A stretch of DNA of 63,983 bases, counting the filler, from Octopus bimaculoides (lineage: Eukaryota): assembly GCF_001194135.2 (NCBI RefSeq). It is 5 parts of 3 records of this genome, joined end to end, with 100 filler letters (N's around TTAATTAATTAA, not from the genome) between each part and the next. Parts side by side here need not be neighbours in the genome. Positions count along the whole stretch, not along the records: positions 8,062 to 36,829 come from NC_068982.1; 4 more parts are not named here. One strand, written 5' to 3'. The notes below the pieces were generated by a model. The model was not told the origin of the DNA. It saw only the letters and a list, made by a program, of their open reading frames with translations, and made no database searches. A program made the position numbers and the translations under genes. Numbering within the stretch: the stretch's first letter is position 1; the number at the start of each line of letters is the position of its first letter. Of the stretch, positions 11,831 to 25,967 are shown in pieces.

Positions 11831-12367
11831 AGTTAAGATGTATATAAAACAAATCCAGCTATTAACCAAGTCTGTCACGAGGATAGCCCCACCATACCTT
11901 CATCAGGAAAGATAGGCACTTTTTCCTCTGTCTGGTGGCTATTTTGGAAAGGACTGCATGGTGAAGAAGATTGAAAGAACTGAGAAAAAACACATTCTTC
12001 TTTGGCCAAGTTCTAAATAACTTGAACTCTTAATTGGAGTGGAAGGTGATGGTGGAAAGAGAGTCACAACCATACAGGACATCTGCTGAAATATAGGTGA
12101 CATTGACAAGTGAACCCCATTGAATGGAGTTTACATTAACATGTAGGCTGGAGAGTACACATGCACTTGGCAGTAGAGATGATCAAGAATTTGTGATGTC
12201 CCTTGTTTGGCCCCAGATGGCTGTCCCTCTGTTGAGACATTTTCTTATTCCTTTATACTGTTGATTTTCATGCATGTTTTCTTGTCCTTAGTTCTATGCT
12301 AACCCTCAGCATCACTGCAATTTTTTCCTTATAATATATCTTCATTGTGGCAAATAAAGAAATAATG

Positions 12368-12403
<36 letters not shown>

Positions 12404-12599
12404 AACCTGTTCACTCCTGATTCTCGCTTTTGGCTTTGTTGCTGGATATGTTCAAATATGTATTTGTTCAAAAAAAAGCTTTTCTCCAAAACATGCTTAA
12501 CCCACCTCTCTATGCTGTATTCTTGATATACAAAGCTATTTTGTCTGCCCCTCCCTTTCTAACATTCTGCGTACACTTTTTTCTTCATCTGTTATTACA

Positions 12600-14700
12600 T
12601 CATTAGTATGGTCATAGAAAGTGGGTGGTTAAAAAAAACCCACGAGTTGTTGTATCACCTGTGTATCATTGGTTAGACCAATTTTTAAGCTTAGAGTCAG
12701 CAAAATGTTACAATGAATCCACTTTCAAGATGGTGGGGATCTATGAGGTAGCAGTAACCTTTCAGTAATAAAATGGCTTAAAAAGTCTGGAAGAACAAAG
12801 AATCATTGTGCTCATCATCGGCTGAAGAAGTGTCCAGACTCATCTATACAATCTTCTCCTTGAAATGCATCAATGATGATTTCATTGATTTCATTTAACA
12901 TCTTTTTAATGTTTGCAAGCAAGCCAGCAATTTTTGTAATGTTTTGAGTTGCAAGAATTGTTAACTTGCTTGCAAACTGTAAATCAAGTTGATCACTAAA
13001 CACATGGTGTAGGAGTTACTCTTTACTTTTAATAATGATGCATTGATTTGACAATTTGATGTTTGCATCTGCATCAGTTTGTCTCCTTTCACCTATGGCC
13101 AAGAGAAAGTTAAACCATAACTCATTTTCCAAGGCATTGACTCTAGTGTGTATGGGTAGCTATCAGTTGTAGCGACAGTTTTAGTCCTGAACTCTTTTGG
13201 ATAGTCAAAGTGGCAATGCTTTGTTTTCTTGTGTTGCTTATGCATGCTTGCCACATTTGGATTGTCCGGTCCACATGTACTATGGAGCATGCATTTTACA
13301 ACTCAGTAAAGTTCAGGATCTTCTTATTCATTTGTAAGCTCCACATTCACAAATTTGTCATAAATTATTGTTGTTTATGGTCTGCCATCAGGATACAACT
13401 ATACCAACAAATGTGCATGAAGGAGGCCTTATTTTTGGAAGTCAACCATGGAGATTATCCCCTCCACTTCAGTGATATGCTTATTTTGAAGCTGATCTTT
13501 AACTTCATATAGAAGACACTTGAAAACAGTCTGGTCAACTGGCTGTTGCTTGTTCAGATTCCAGCTGCACAGTAATTTTTTGCACAACGTTGCATATCAT
13601 TTTAATGAAGAGATCTGGCTTCCAAAAATATCTCACAATTGCCATTGTATTCTGGAAAAGCTTTTGCATGTGTCAGGGACCTCCCATAGAGGAATATGAC
13701 AGCATTAATAATGGTTCAACCTTTCTAGATGAACCATGCACTTGTATAATTGTGTGTGCTTCTCTTTTTGATTATTATGAAGGAAATTTATTTGTGACCC
13801 CATACTACCTTGTTCTTGCATCCACCTTCTAGGCTGTCATAATAGTACAGAGTGTTTTAGGTGTTCTAAAATGCTATTCATATTCACCATTCAAATGCAA
13901 AAGTACAAAAGTGCAGAGGATCATATAGCATGTGCAAATGGTTGATAAATATCATTTCTCCTGCACGTTTATATAAAATGATCTGGCATTCATAGCTTAA
14001 GACTTAGCCCATTCCAAGAAGTATAGCACCCACCTCTGAAGCTGTTAAACATGCATAGGTTTACTCTCTGTGGATGCATTGATTTCCATATGAAAATCAT
14101 GCATATTTTTGGCATCTCATCTGATATGAGTTTAAACTGCTACCAAAATGGATTATACTCTTGGATTAACTCTTGCAGTACCTTCCTAGTTTCATTTCTA
14201 ATTTGTGGGTTACATGAGTGTCATTTGTTCAGCTGTATTTCAGGATTGGATATGTACAGCTATGCATAGGTTGGTTCTGTACTGGGATCTGATAGAAGAC
14301 TCTTTGCAGTGTGGTGAGTAACTCTGCCTTAGAAGTGATATGCATATTCCACCAGCATTAATCAGATCTTTATCATGCTGTGTTCCAGGTGATGTGAATA
14401 CTACTGCGCATTTGTACTCACGTATGTTTTTTTTTTTAATTCTCTGCTAACAGCATCATTGCCTGTGAATAAATCCATCAATTGGATTTGCTATTGGCGA
14501 AGTGGGCAGTTTATACTTTGTTTTCTCCACAGCATAGCATAAACACTGGATTATCTGGTAGAGTCTTCAACTGCTCTTGAAGCAACTTTTGCACTTATTG
14601 CAAATAGCATTCATACATCTCAAATAGTGCTGTTCAGCATTTTGATTTGGCTTTCTTGCAATTTAAAATGAGCAGTTCTATTACACAACTTTGGCTCAGT
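12600..14700 (-). mobile_element. Degenerate Helitron RepHel relic, antisense in the MBOAT7 intron
   Basis: Minus-strand pieces in order: CCGENKV..LMDLFTGNDAVSRELKKNIREYKCAVVFTSPG; GRVTHHTAKSLLSDPSTEPTYA*LYISNPE; YTGSSR..HMQKLFQNTMAIVRYFWKPDLFIKMICN (Rep motif 1, about 13589-13618); DFQK*GLLHAHL (HUH, 13408-13443); HSTCGPDNPN..DYPKEFRTKTVATTDSYPY; then helicase C-terminal ILATQN..INEIIIDAFQGE and PHHLESG..LKIGLTNDTQVI. Confidence 0.85.
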
Positions 14701-15189
14701 TTTCATGTCAGCTTGCATTATGCTGATTCCTGTTAGTGCCTTGCACCTGAGCCTGCTCAAACATTTCATTTGCATGTTGGTTTGCTAATTGTGATTCTTG
14801 CTAGCGTACTGCACCTGCTACTGATCAGATAATTTGCACATCACCTTACAAATCACTAATTCCTGTTAGTATGCAACAGCTGCTATTCCCCAGACAAATA
14901 ATATACATGCCAATTAGCATTATACTGATTCTTTCTAGAACATCACACCTTCCACTGCTCGGATGATTCACTTGCATGTTTGTTTGCTAATCTCTAATTT
15001 CTTACTTTGTGCCTTCCACATTGTTCCAGCTTTTCCTTTTCATGCTCTTACTTCTTCTTTTCCTGATACCATCTTTGTTTGTCTTGGTGTTTTACTTCTA
15101 GTTTCAACCATTTCATACCCCTAACTTCAGCTAAAAGATCACTGTTAATGTTTTGAAACACAACAGGACTGAAATTACCAACACATTCT

Positions 15190-15460
15190 CATCATCATCA
15201 TCACAATTTAACATCCATTTCCCATGGGTTGGATGACTCAACAGGAACTAGCAAGCCAGAGACCTGTGCCAAAATCCAACAGCTAGTTTGGCATGGTTTC
15301 TATGGCTAGATGCCCCTCCTAACATTAAGCACTTTACAGAATGCATTGAGTGTTTTTTACATGGCAGCAGCACTGGTGAAGTCACTAAGTAACTTGTAAG
15401 ACAAGACCCCTTTTCTGAGTTACTTGGTGACCTCACTGGTGCCAGTGCCATGTAAAATGC
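15190..15460 (-). mobile_element. RTE-like 3' tail repeat
   Basis: CATCATC..TTTAACATCCATTTCCCATGGGTTGGATG..TTTCTATGGCTAGATGCCCTCCTAAC. Homologous copies at 17550-17720, 21015-21190, 33325-33560, 36335-36829 and 39190-39520. Confidence 0.7.
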
Positions 15461-16000
15461 ATCCTGTACACTGTAGAAAAAATAGGAATAGGGATACTAT
15501 TTAAAGCACAAAAGAAAAGAAAATGGATTGCTGCTTCAAAAGGAAATAGTGTAAAATATTAAAACCAGTACTCTTCTTAATGCATGTGTATCTTTGTGTC
15601 TTTTTGTGACACTTTGCCCCTGCCCCACCACTGGCCGATGCCAAGTCAAGTACATCAACATCAGCAATATCAAAATCAAATCAATCTGGCTTAAAGGGTA
15701 TCACGAAAGGCCTGGTTGGAAGCCCAACCTTCCAAGTTGGGCCTCCAACCAGAGCTTAGGAAAACTGAAGGGCTACTGCAATAAGTGTGTGAATCTGAGG
15801 GGGCAGTGTGTTGAATAAAATCATAATACACACACATAAATTAAAAACAAGGTACTGCTTGACAAGTCACCTGATAAGACACATCTGCACCTACAGTGTA
15901 CTACAATATTTGTACAGCATCTCACCTCCGAGGCACAAGTGCATGATGGATGGAAATGAGCGTAGTGAATAATAAAGAGTCTCTTGAATTCCATTTTCTT

Positions 16001-16057
<57 letters not shown>

Positions 16058-17158
16058 GAGAGAGGGGGAAGAGAAAAATGTATGCATATACATCAATACA
16101 TGTGTATGTAAGGAACTACAATCTTAGAATATATTCATTCATTCATATAATCTTATACGTTTGAGCAGCAGGAAGTTTCTGAAATATTGTAGTTTTGAAA
16201 ATAAATAAATAAATAAATAAAACCTGAGTTGTTATTCAGAGAAAGGTTGTGTGTTGATAATATAAGGTAGAAAGTCAAGCACTATCAATAATTTTGAGTG
16301 GATTGTAAATTTGAAGGTGAAAGCATCTGTGTATTGCTATAGTAATATAAACAGCAGAGCTTGAAGAAGCAACCTGAGAGTAGACTAATGGTGTGTACAT
16401 GTTTTAAGAGACAGGGGTTTATTAATCACATAAGTGTATTCTGAATGCAAGCTTTATATTGCCATCTGTCATTGTCACAAATATGAGAAGTTTATTATTA
16501 CAGAATGAAAGATAATTGTGTATTGTAGTTTCCTTTTTGTTTTGTTTTTTGTTTTGATTTTTTTCTTAACCTGAACATGAAGCTAAAACTCTAGAGCTTT
16601 AACAATGTTTCGAATGTAGTTTCTATAAAAAAGAAAAAAATCATGAGGAACAATATGTAGGTGAGATACTAGAAAATAACAGCTGCTCTCATGAGGGAAG
16701 AACGTTTTATATTATCTTTGCCTTTCATCCTTTCAGGGTTGATAAATTAAGTACCAGTGAAATACTGGTAATTGATTAGTCCCCTCCCCTAAAATTCCAG
16801 GTTTTGTGCCTATAGTAGAAAGGATTATCTTTCTGTTTTTGTTGATTATGTCTGGTGGAAGGAACAGTCTTCATGACCTTTGAGGCCCCTTCAAGATTCA
16901 TTATGCTTTTATTACTATTATACCTAAATCTATTCTGATTGAGAGCATTTCCAATTGAGACCATCCCATTGTTTTTTCTCTTTATTTATTTCTTTATTTA
17001 TTTATGTATCACCTCAATGTCTGTGTTACTTCTGTCTCAAAACAGTCTGGTGTTATATGAAAGCGATTTGGCTGCTGTTTTCTAGTAACTCAAATGTTGA
17101 CTCCCGCTGAAGAAGTTCCATCATTAATTTATCTGCTTATCAAATAAGTAAATATGTT

Positions 17159-17371
17159 AAGGTGGCGAACTGGCAGAAATGTTAGCATGCCAGGCAAAAT
17201 GCTTAGTGGTATTTCGTCTGTCTTTACGTTCTGAGTTGAAATTCCGCCAAGGTTAACTTTGCCTTTCATCCTTTTAGGGTCGATAAATTAAGTACCAGTT
17301 GCATACTGGGGTCGATCTCATCGACTGGCCCCCTCCCCAAAAATTTCGGACCTTGTGCCTAGAGTAGAAGA
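17159..17371 (+). mobile_element. SINE family A, full length, 17-bp TSD
   Basis: AAATAAGTAAATATGTT at 17142-17158 and 17372-17388. Confidence 0.9.
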
Positions 17372-18225
17372 AAATAAGTAAATATGTTGTATCTCAAAAA
17401 AATTTTGAAGTCTGGTAAAAGTTCATGCACCATCACTGGTATGAAATAAGAGTCTATATTGTTTGTGCATCATTTCAAAAAGAAGCTACCCCCATCAAGT
17501 ACACGCACACACATACACAAATTTTGTACAAAACAGAAGCCAGACCATATGTCATCATCACTATTATCATCATTATTTAATGTCCATTGTCCAAGCTTTA
17601 ATGTCTGTTGTCCAGTCTGATTTGGTATGGTTTCTACAGCTGGATGACCTTCCTAATACCAACCACTCTGAGACTGTAATGGGTGCTTTTACATTCCACC
17701 AGCATGGGTGCCAGTTGCGTGACACCAATATATACTCTGTGTGTGCGTGTGTGTAAACCATTAAAATACGTAGACATGACACATATAAATTTATGATGGC
17801 CATGTGTGAGTAGGAGTAATCTTCAATCTTAACCCTTCAGCATTTAAACTGGCCATATCCTACCCAAATATTTTGCCTGTGTTATGTTCAAACCAGCCAG
17901 ATCTGGCCTCTCACACCTACCCTATAATGTCATTCTAAAAGTAAACAATTATATCATTGAAAAATACAAAGCTATGAAATAGTAGCATGATTAATTCAAA
18001 ACAATGTGAATAAATAAGGATTTCATTTGATAATCTAAAGGGTTAAAGAGCTGCAAACATTTTTTACAAATTTCAGGCAGTTCGAGTGACCGCCTAGAGG
18101 CTGTCTCATTAGCTCATTGATGATGTTGTTTATCCCCCTGCTAAACTCTGGTCAAGCAGATTTATACATGTAAGTTCATTGTTAGAGTAAGCAAATATTT
18201 ATCTAATATTACATAAGATCTTATA

Positions 18226-19143
18226 TTGGGTCATCCCATAAATAATTTTTTAAATTGCATGAACTAAAAGTCAGAGGGAGACAGGATAAACTACTTGCGT
18301 CAACTTTCTATAAAAGCAGGGAGTAATTTTACCTTCTACTTATTCTTAGTGCAAGTTTTGAAGAGTGCATTTCGATCTTAACAGTTATTTTTTCAAAGCT
18401 TTAATGGAAGAGACAAAGGGGCATATTTGGCATACTTTGGTTTATGAGTATAATAAAGGCAACAATGCAATGGAAAGTGTGAGAAATATTTATGCAGTAT
18501 ATGGAGTTCAAACAATAAGCATAAGTCAGTATCAAAAGTGGTTCCAGAAATTCCGAGCTGGAAACTACAGCCTAGAGAATGAGCCGCATCCTGGAAGATT
18601 GGTAGAGTTTGACAAGGACATCCTGCACACCCTGATGGAACAAAATCCCATTGTAATTGTTGAGGAACTAGCAGAGAAGCTTAGATTTGGACATTTAACT
18701 AGTCATTCAAGTCAGCGCTAGAAGAAAAATGGCCATCTTTTGTTTCAAGATGAAAGGTGTTCTTCCATCAGGATAATGCTTGGCTACATACAGCGAGGAT
18801 GACATCCCAAAGGCTGGAGCAGTTTGAAAGGGAAACGATGCCTCACACAACATATTTGCTTGATATTGCCCCATCTAATTATCATTTATTCTGCAGTCCT
18901 CCAAATCATTTGGACAGGAAAAATATGAATTCTGTAGACAAGGTTAAAACAGTACTGTAGGAGTATTTTTCACCACAGACAAGTGAATTTTGGAAGAGGG
19001 ACCTTGCAAGTCTACCAGATAGATGGAAGAGCATTGTATAAAATGAAGGAGAGTATATTTTAGATTAAAAAATAATTTTGCTTATCTTAATTTTGAAAAA
19101 TAAAAGAATTATAAAAAACCGTATTATTTATGGGATGACCCAA
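18226..19143 (+). mobile_element. Internally deleted mariner with intact TIRs and TA TSDs
   Basis: TA-TTGGGTCATCCCATAAATAAT ... ATTATTTATGGGATGACCCAA-TA. ORF pieces MEETKGHIWHTLVYEYNKGNNA..QKWFQKFRAGNYSLENEPHPGR (HTH) and FFHQDNAWLHTA..DIAPSNYHLF. The TGDE region is missing. Confidence 0.93.
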
Positions 19144-19905
19144 TACTTCTGTCCATCTTGCATCTGGCATGATTCTAGATGTGCCATATATCCCATTGAT
19201 TATAAGATTTATGTGACATTTTCCCCCCATCATTATGTCTTTCAAAGTTAATAATAACTGGGGTTGCTACTCCTCACAAGAATACTGTATCTGTTAGGCT
19301 TTATATCCTTGTCAATCCTTAAAGGGCAAGTAATACCAAGATTGTCAGGATTCTCAGCTGCAGTCTAGCATCCATCTCTTAAACTAACCCCAGTACTTGA
19401 CTGGTACTTTATTTTAATGACACCCTCACCTCAGAAGAATGAAAGGTATACAGGAGGAATGTGCTGTAATTCTTTAAGCATTAATTGTTCTTTGGTTTCA
19501 AAAGAAGATGCTAATTGGTATTCTGTTCAAATGCAAAATGAATAGGAATCTCTCATAACATTTCATTTAACCAAAGGTCATTGTTATTGTAGCTTTTGTT
19601 ATTACTTTGCTTGCTTGTGTAAGCATCACTTTGTACTGCAGTGAGCCTGAGAGATTAATATAAATAATAATAATAATGGTAATAATAATAATAATAATAA
19701 TCTGCTTAGGATTACCGAAGCATTAGTTTCCAGCTGAGATTTGCCCCAATTTAACGCTGATTGATGTTAGCAAATATAATCATCTATAATTGTACTAGCA
19801 AAGCAGATTTACTTCCATGATAATTGCAGAGTATAAATTTGATGTGTGAATAAGTTGAAGGAAGCATATAAATGTATCTGTAGAGGTGTCTAACATCATA
19901 AATAC

Positions 19906-19940
<35 letters not shown>

Positions 19941-21525
19941 TATATCATATACAGAGTGTCCATAAATTACCTTTACAATTTGAAAAATTCAGAAAAAAAA
20001 AAAGGATAAAGATAACCCAGCAGAGTTTATTGGAAAACAAAGGCAAACAAATAAAGTTTTATTAGAAACATCTGAACACTTCCACGCGAGCTCCATTGGT
20101 TGCATGCAACCTGCTGAGTTGTCCTTTTTTTTTTTTTTTTTTTTTTATTCCTGGATTTTTCAGTTGTAAAGGTAATTTATGGACAGCATGTATATGTCTA
20201 TGTACATGTGCTTGTTTGTACATGATGTATGTATGTGTGTGTGTGTGTGAGATGTATTCCATCGCACAATGTGTGTGCTTCTTATCAGTGTATAAATAGA
20301 AACCTGCTTTTTACTTCTTCCAACTATGACCATTCTTTCCTTTTTCAATTGTAGTGTATCTAGATCTACATTATCCTGTGTGCTATTCTCTTTTTAAGAC
20401 AATAAGAATGTGGTTGGTTTTATGGGGGTTTGCCCTGTTATTTCTAAAGGTTCCAGCAATCACATAGGAGCCCCTTTATTTATACTCATGATAATATACG
20501 ATCTAGGAAGATTTTAGCAAATGATTTGAGAATGTTGACACTTAAAGCTGACTGTGCAAAAACCAAGAAATATCAAAAGATAATGTATTAATCCTTTAAC
20601 TATCCATTCAATACTAGACGGAACTTCTTACTTTGTCTCTTGACCTGCTGGATATAGCTGCCAAATTTCCCTCAATTCATATTATTGCCTTAAAAAATCA
20701 ACAGAGACAATGGATAATACAGTTTTAAATACACTATGCCTGAATAAAGGTGGACTGACCATGGCTGGATTGCCTTTGATTATAGGTCTGCTTGTTCAGA
20801 GTTTACTTGGGACTGGACCACAATAGCTACTGATCTATTTAGTGTTCCTCATAGGGGTGAAGGGTATTGTGAGGACTGAAAAGTGGGTTAACAAATTGCT
20901 ATGTTTTATAAAAATTAGGGGATGGTTTTAAAACTTTTTAAAATCATCCAACATTGTGTGATAAAGAGGAATTATATGGCTGTGAACTCAATTTTGTTTT
21001 CTCGTCATTGGGATTATCATCATCATTGTTTAACATCTGTGCTCCATGGGTTGGATGGTTTGACCTGGAACTGGCTACCAGGGAGCTGTCCAGACTCCAA
21101 CTGTCTGTTGTGTCTATGGCTGGATGCCCTTCCTAACGCCAACCACTTAAATAAGTGTACTGGGTACTTTTTAAGTGGCACTGGCACCTGCTAGAAACAG
21201 CAGCAAAATTCCCCTCAAACCAACCTTCTAGTAAAATAAAAGTGGATATGTAGGATCATATAGTCCTGGATACATTGTCTGAAAATAAAAAGGAATGGTC
21301 ATGACTGGAATGCGCTGATGACAAGTCTACTTGAATGGAACTGACCTGGGTTAAACAACAACCAAGCCTTTCATAGATAAACACATCTTCTCTCTCATGT
21401 CCTTAATATTGATTTTGTAGCAGACAAAAGCTCATTTTAGACATGATGGGAGTCTCAGCAATGATATTCACCATAGTGTTTGACTGGTGTTTATTAATCA
21501 AACCTGGTTATTCATTTATCTAGAA

Positions 21526-21837
21526 CAGTGGTTCTCAACCAGAGTCCATATCAGATTTTTGGGAGTCAGCACAACAAAATAGTAAATTGGAGATCCACAA
21601 TAGTATTTTAAGGGCCCCTGAAAAAATTTTGTTTTAGGTCTATGTATTGGAAAAATCTGCTAGGTTTCTTTCTCTAACATTTTACATTTTTAAACCTGCA
21701 CAAGTTAATGTGTGAAAAACAAAATAGGAATTTTGAAAGAAGTATCTTTAAAACTAGTTTTTAAATATCAAATGGTTCCAAGAGAATAAAATGGTAATCC
21801 AAGGGGTCCATACATAAAAAATGGTTGAGAACCCCTG
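21526..21837. mobile_element. hAT (Charlie/Buster-type) MITE
   Basis: TIRs CAGTGGTTCTCAACC / GGTTGAGAACCCCTG; perfect 8-bp TSD ATCTAGAA at 21518-21525 and 21838-21845. Confidence 0.92.
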
Positions 21838-23930
21838 ATCTAGAAGAGCGATAAGTAAAGTTAACACTAATAGAGATTAAACTCAGAATGAAAAGAGCTG
21901 TAACTAGATAGCTCATGACATTTTATTTACCCCTCTACTGAGTCTACCTATCCATTGCCCCGTCTCATATCTATTATATTGATTTCTAGCATATGCACAA
22001 TGCCCAAAACTTTAGAGGGCAGGGTACATAGTTGATATCAACCCTTCAGTACTTGACTGGTATTTATTTTATTGATTCCCAGAAGGGTTAATAGGCACAT
22101 TTGACCATCACTGGCTTTTAACACCAAACAACACTAAATTCTGCATAGCATTTTATCTGACACACCACTAATTCTACCATTTGACCTTCCACTTATATCA
22201 ATAGTGTGGATGCAAACATGACTGGGTAGTTATGAAGTATGTTACACAACCACGAGGTCCCCAGATGTGAACCCGCTGTGTAGTCTATTGGGCAAATGCA
22301 CTTGCCATAGACTTAGACCAACCCAAGCCTTGTGAGAGAATTTGGGGAGATGGAAACTGTACAGAAGCCTGTCAGATTTTTACCTATAATTTAAAAGCCC
22401 AACTTTGTGTCATGCCAGTTCTAACCTGAAAAGGCCTGTTATAGGTAAACGTGTCTGTAACATATTCAGCCTCTTCAGATACCAATTCTATGAGCTTTCA
22501 TCGAAAGCAATATGTGAGTCTATCACCATCATATTTATAATATTGAAACACCAGTTGTTTTTTTGTTCTTTATTGTGCTTTAACTTTATTCCTTTATTTC
22601 AATTATTTGACTGTGGTTTTGCTGGAGTTTATGAAATAGACCCCAGGACTTATTAGTTGTAAGCCTGGTACTTATTCTATCAGTCTCTTTTGCCAAACTG
22701 CTAAGTTATGAGAATGTAAACACACCAAACCCAGTTGTCAATCGATGGGTGGGGACAAACACTGACAACAAAGACATGCACATAAATATATATATATATA
22801 TATATATATATCAATGCTGGGCTTCTTTCAGTTTCTGTCTACCAAATCTACTCACAAGAGGCTTTGGTCAGCCTGAAGCTATAGCAGAAAACACTTGCCT
22901 AAGGTGCCATACAGTGGGACTGAACTAGGAACCATGTGGTTGGGAAGCAAGCTTCTTACCACACAGCCTTGTTTTTTTGTTTTTGTTTTTTTCGTCTTCT
23001 ATTTATATCTGGATAAATTGTGGCACATTAAGATTATATCAATTGAAAGATCACAACCCAGTCTCATTACTTAACAGTGAATTTAAAGCTGATTTTCATT
23101 GATGTTGTTGTTTTGTTATGAAAGCTTCAAGAGAAAATAGTTTTAAGAATTTAAAAGAATTAAATGACTTAAGAAAGTTAGCTGAAATTATGTGTGGATA
23201 GAGTCCAACTGGAACTCACCCAATGTAATTCATTTGATGCCTGCAACCATTACATTTTCTAGTCTATAGAATGGAAGAGAGGACTTCTTCATAATTTGTT
23301 TTGTATTTTTCCAATTCGCGTCATAAGGTATTTATGTTGATTGCCTGTTTCATATCCTTCCTCAAGTCTGATATTTCACAATCCTCAAATTTTAACTCTG
23401 CATATTTATATTTGCACATGCAGAGCAAGGAGTACATTTAATATTTCTTTCTGGTTGTTTTATTTTGTTTTATTATTTTTTTTATGCTGTAATGCATTCT
23501 AAATTGGCCAATTTCTCTCTCCCTTTCTCTGTAAATACAACCTCAAAGATGATTACACAAACACACTCAATATGTATGTGTGTGTGTGTATATATATATA
23601 GATACATATAAAAAATTATGAGTTATTGTTGCTCCATTTCTTTTCTTATATATATATGTGTGTGTGTGTGTGTATATAAATATTTATGTACATATGTATA
23701 TGTGTGTGTGTATGTACATCTATATATATATATATCAATGTGTATATATGTATATATACATATATCTATGTGTATATGTTTGTGTGTATCTGTGTGTGTG
23801 TGTGGCAGCCTTATGAAAGAATTTCAGAAACTTGAATTATCTATACAGTATGTGTACATTGAATGTTTAGAAGTGTAGAACAGCTGGAAATCATGAGGTC
23901 GACACATATGCTGGCTTATGTAATAGAAAG

Positions 23931-24775
23931 CATTTTATTTATTCGCATTTTGCCATTCTCCAATTAGGCTTGTATTTTGCTTTTCACTGTACATCATTTC
24001 AGATTTTTCTACTTCAGTGCATAACCTAACTAGTGGCTATAATCTTCAGAAGCTGGAATTAGCATTGTGTGGCCATTCATAAAGCGATTTCAGATTACTT
24101 TAGAATAGCTTTCTACTTCTGTTGTATTTCTTCACCTTCACTGTTATCTCTTTTCTTTCGTGTAAAAATTGTAATGCATTAGATTTGAATGCAACATTCC
24201 TATGTTTTGTATATATACACACATACNNNNNNNNNNNNNNNNNNNNNNNNNNNNNNNNNNNNNNNNNNNNNNNNNNNNNNNNNNNNNNNNNNNNNNNNNN
24301 NNNNNNNNNNNNNNNNNNNNNNNNNNNNNNNNNNNNNNNNNNNNNNNNNNNNNNNNNNNNNNNNNNNNNNNNNNNNNNNNNNNNNNNNNNNNNNNNNNNN
24401 NNNNNNNNNNNNNNNNNNNNNNNNNNNNNNNNNNNNNNNNNNNNNNNNNNNNNNNNNNNNNNNNNNNNNNNNNNNNNNNNNNNNNNNNNNNNNNNNNNNN
24501 NNNNNNNNNNNNNNNNNNNNNNNNNNNNNNNNNNNNNNNNNNNNNNNNNNNNNNNNNNNNNNNNNNNNNNNNNNNNNNNNNNNNNNNNNNNNNNNNNNNN
24601 NNNNNNNNNNNNNNNNNNNNNNNNNNNNNNNNNNNNNNNNNNGCTAATTCCAGCTTCTGAAGATTATAGCCACTAGTTAGGTTATGCACTGAAGTAGAAA
24701 AATCTGAAATGATGTACAGTGAAAAGCAAAATACAAGCCTAATTGGAGAATGGCAAAATGCGAATAAATAAAATG
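23931..24775. repeat. Perfect 133-bp inverted repeat spanning an assembly gap
   Basis: 23931-24063 is the exact reverse complement of 24643-24775; the right arm begins at the gap edge. Confidence 0.9.
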
Positions 24776-25967
24776 AAAACTACACATTATGTACAGGACA
24801 TCACCAGCGGGTGCAAAATATGTAAACACATGAGAGAAAAGTACAGGACAAAATACTAAAAGAACATAACGCCTCATCAGTTGTCGGACTGTTTATTACT
24901 CCTATTTCGTGCTTTTAACAACAATATTGGGAACTTCATAAGACAGCAGCATCCAGAAATTTTAAAAACAGAGTTAGAGCTTCACACGAACGAACAACGA
25001 CAGTGTGGACATATAGAGTAAACAATCGACAAAGACAAACATTAAGGGCCGTTAAGCCAACACAAATTGTAATGCGTAATTCCTAGGAGAAATTTTATCA
25101 AGGAAATAAAATAATAGAAGAGAAGTAAATAGGAGAATAGAATAATTAGAAGAGAAGAAAATGGTAGAAGAAAATAATGTTGGGAGCCAAGAAAAATGTA
25201 CTTTTCTCTCCAGTGCAAAAGCATTATGTCCTCTCACCCTCTGTTCTATAACCTTTACCAAGGCAGTGTAATCATTGACTATGAGATATACTCTGGTTTT
25301 TAAACTGAATCCATTGCACAACATCATTGTGTTTTCTCACCCATCTTCTAACTTATCATCAACTGGATTATTTTTTTATTCTTTTACTTGTTTCAGGACA
25401 ATGTTTGTCCTTGGGTAGTAACTGTTATTTCCTATTTGCTTAGCTGTAGAAAGTATGAAAAATTGCTAATATTTCCTTCAGACTTTGCTTTTGTTACATT
25501 TATTCAAACTCCAAAGAATCCCGCTTAGTGTCTATGATGCTCTCCCACTACTCCTGTTCATGATCAGAGATGCACATATTGTCATCCACTAAGGGACATG
25601 CTCAAGTGATTAAGGTCAAGCAACTGACAAGTAGATCTGTGTTATTGAGCAGAATATTTGCTATAACGATATTTCTGCTCCAGTAACTTAGCACTGAATA
25701 TGTGTGAAATGTAATGGTAAAATAGGTCAGTTTCAAAACAATGATGTCCAGGTCACAAAAGCAAAGTTTGAAGGGAATAGTTGTCAGTTCCTTTCATTTT
25801 TAGATCGAAGCAAGTAAGAAATAACACTTAATGACCAAAGACAATAAAAATGAAGATTTCTTACACAGTGTTTTTAACTCTATTATTATAAAGAAATTTT
25901 AGGAAAAGAATTCAAGAATCCTCACATGTAATGTAGTAAAATTTTTATATATATATTTTTTTTCCAG

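Noticed and set aside
11880-11910. CTGATGAAGG on the minus strand as a hammerhead core
   Set aside because: No GAAA follows the possible stem II.
24865-24945. CTGATGA and GAAA on the minus strand near 24873-24910
   Set aside because: The order and flanks do not close stems I and II.
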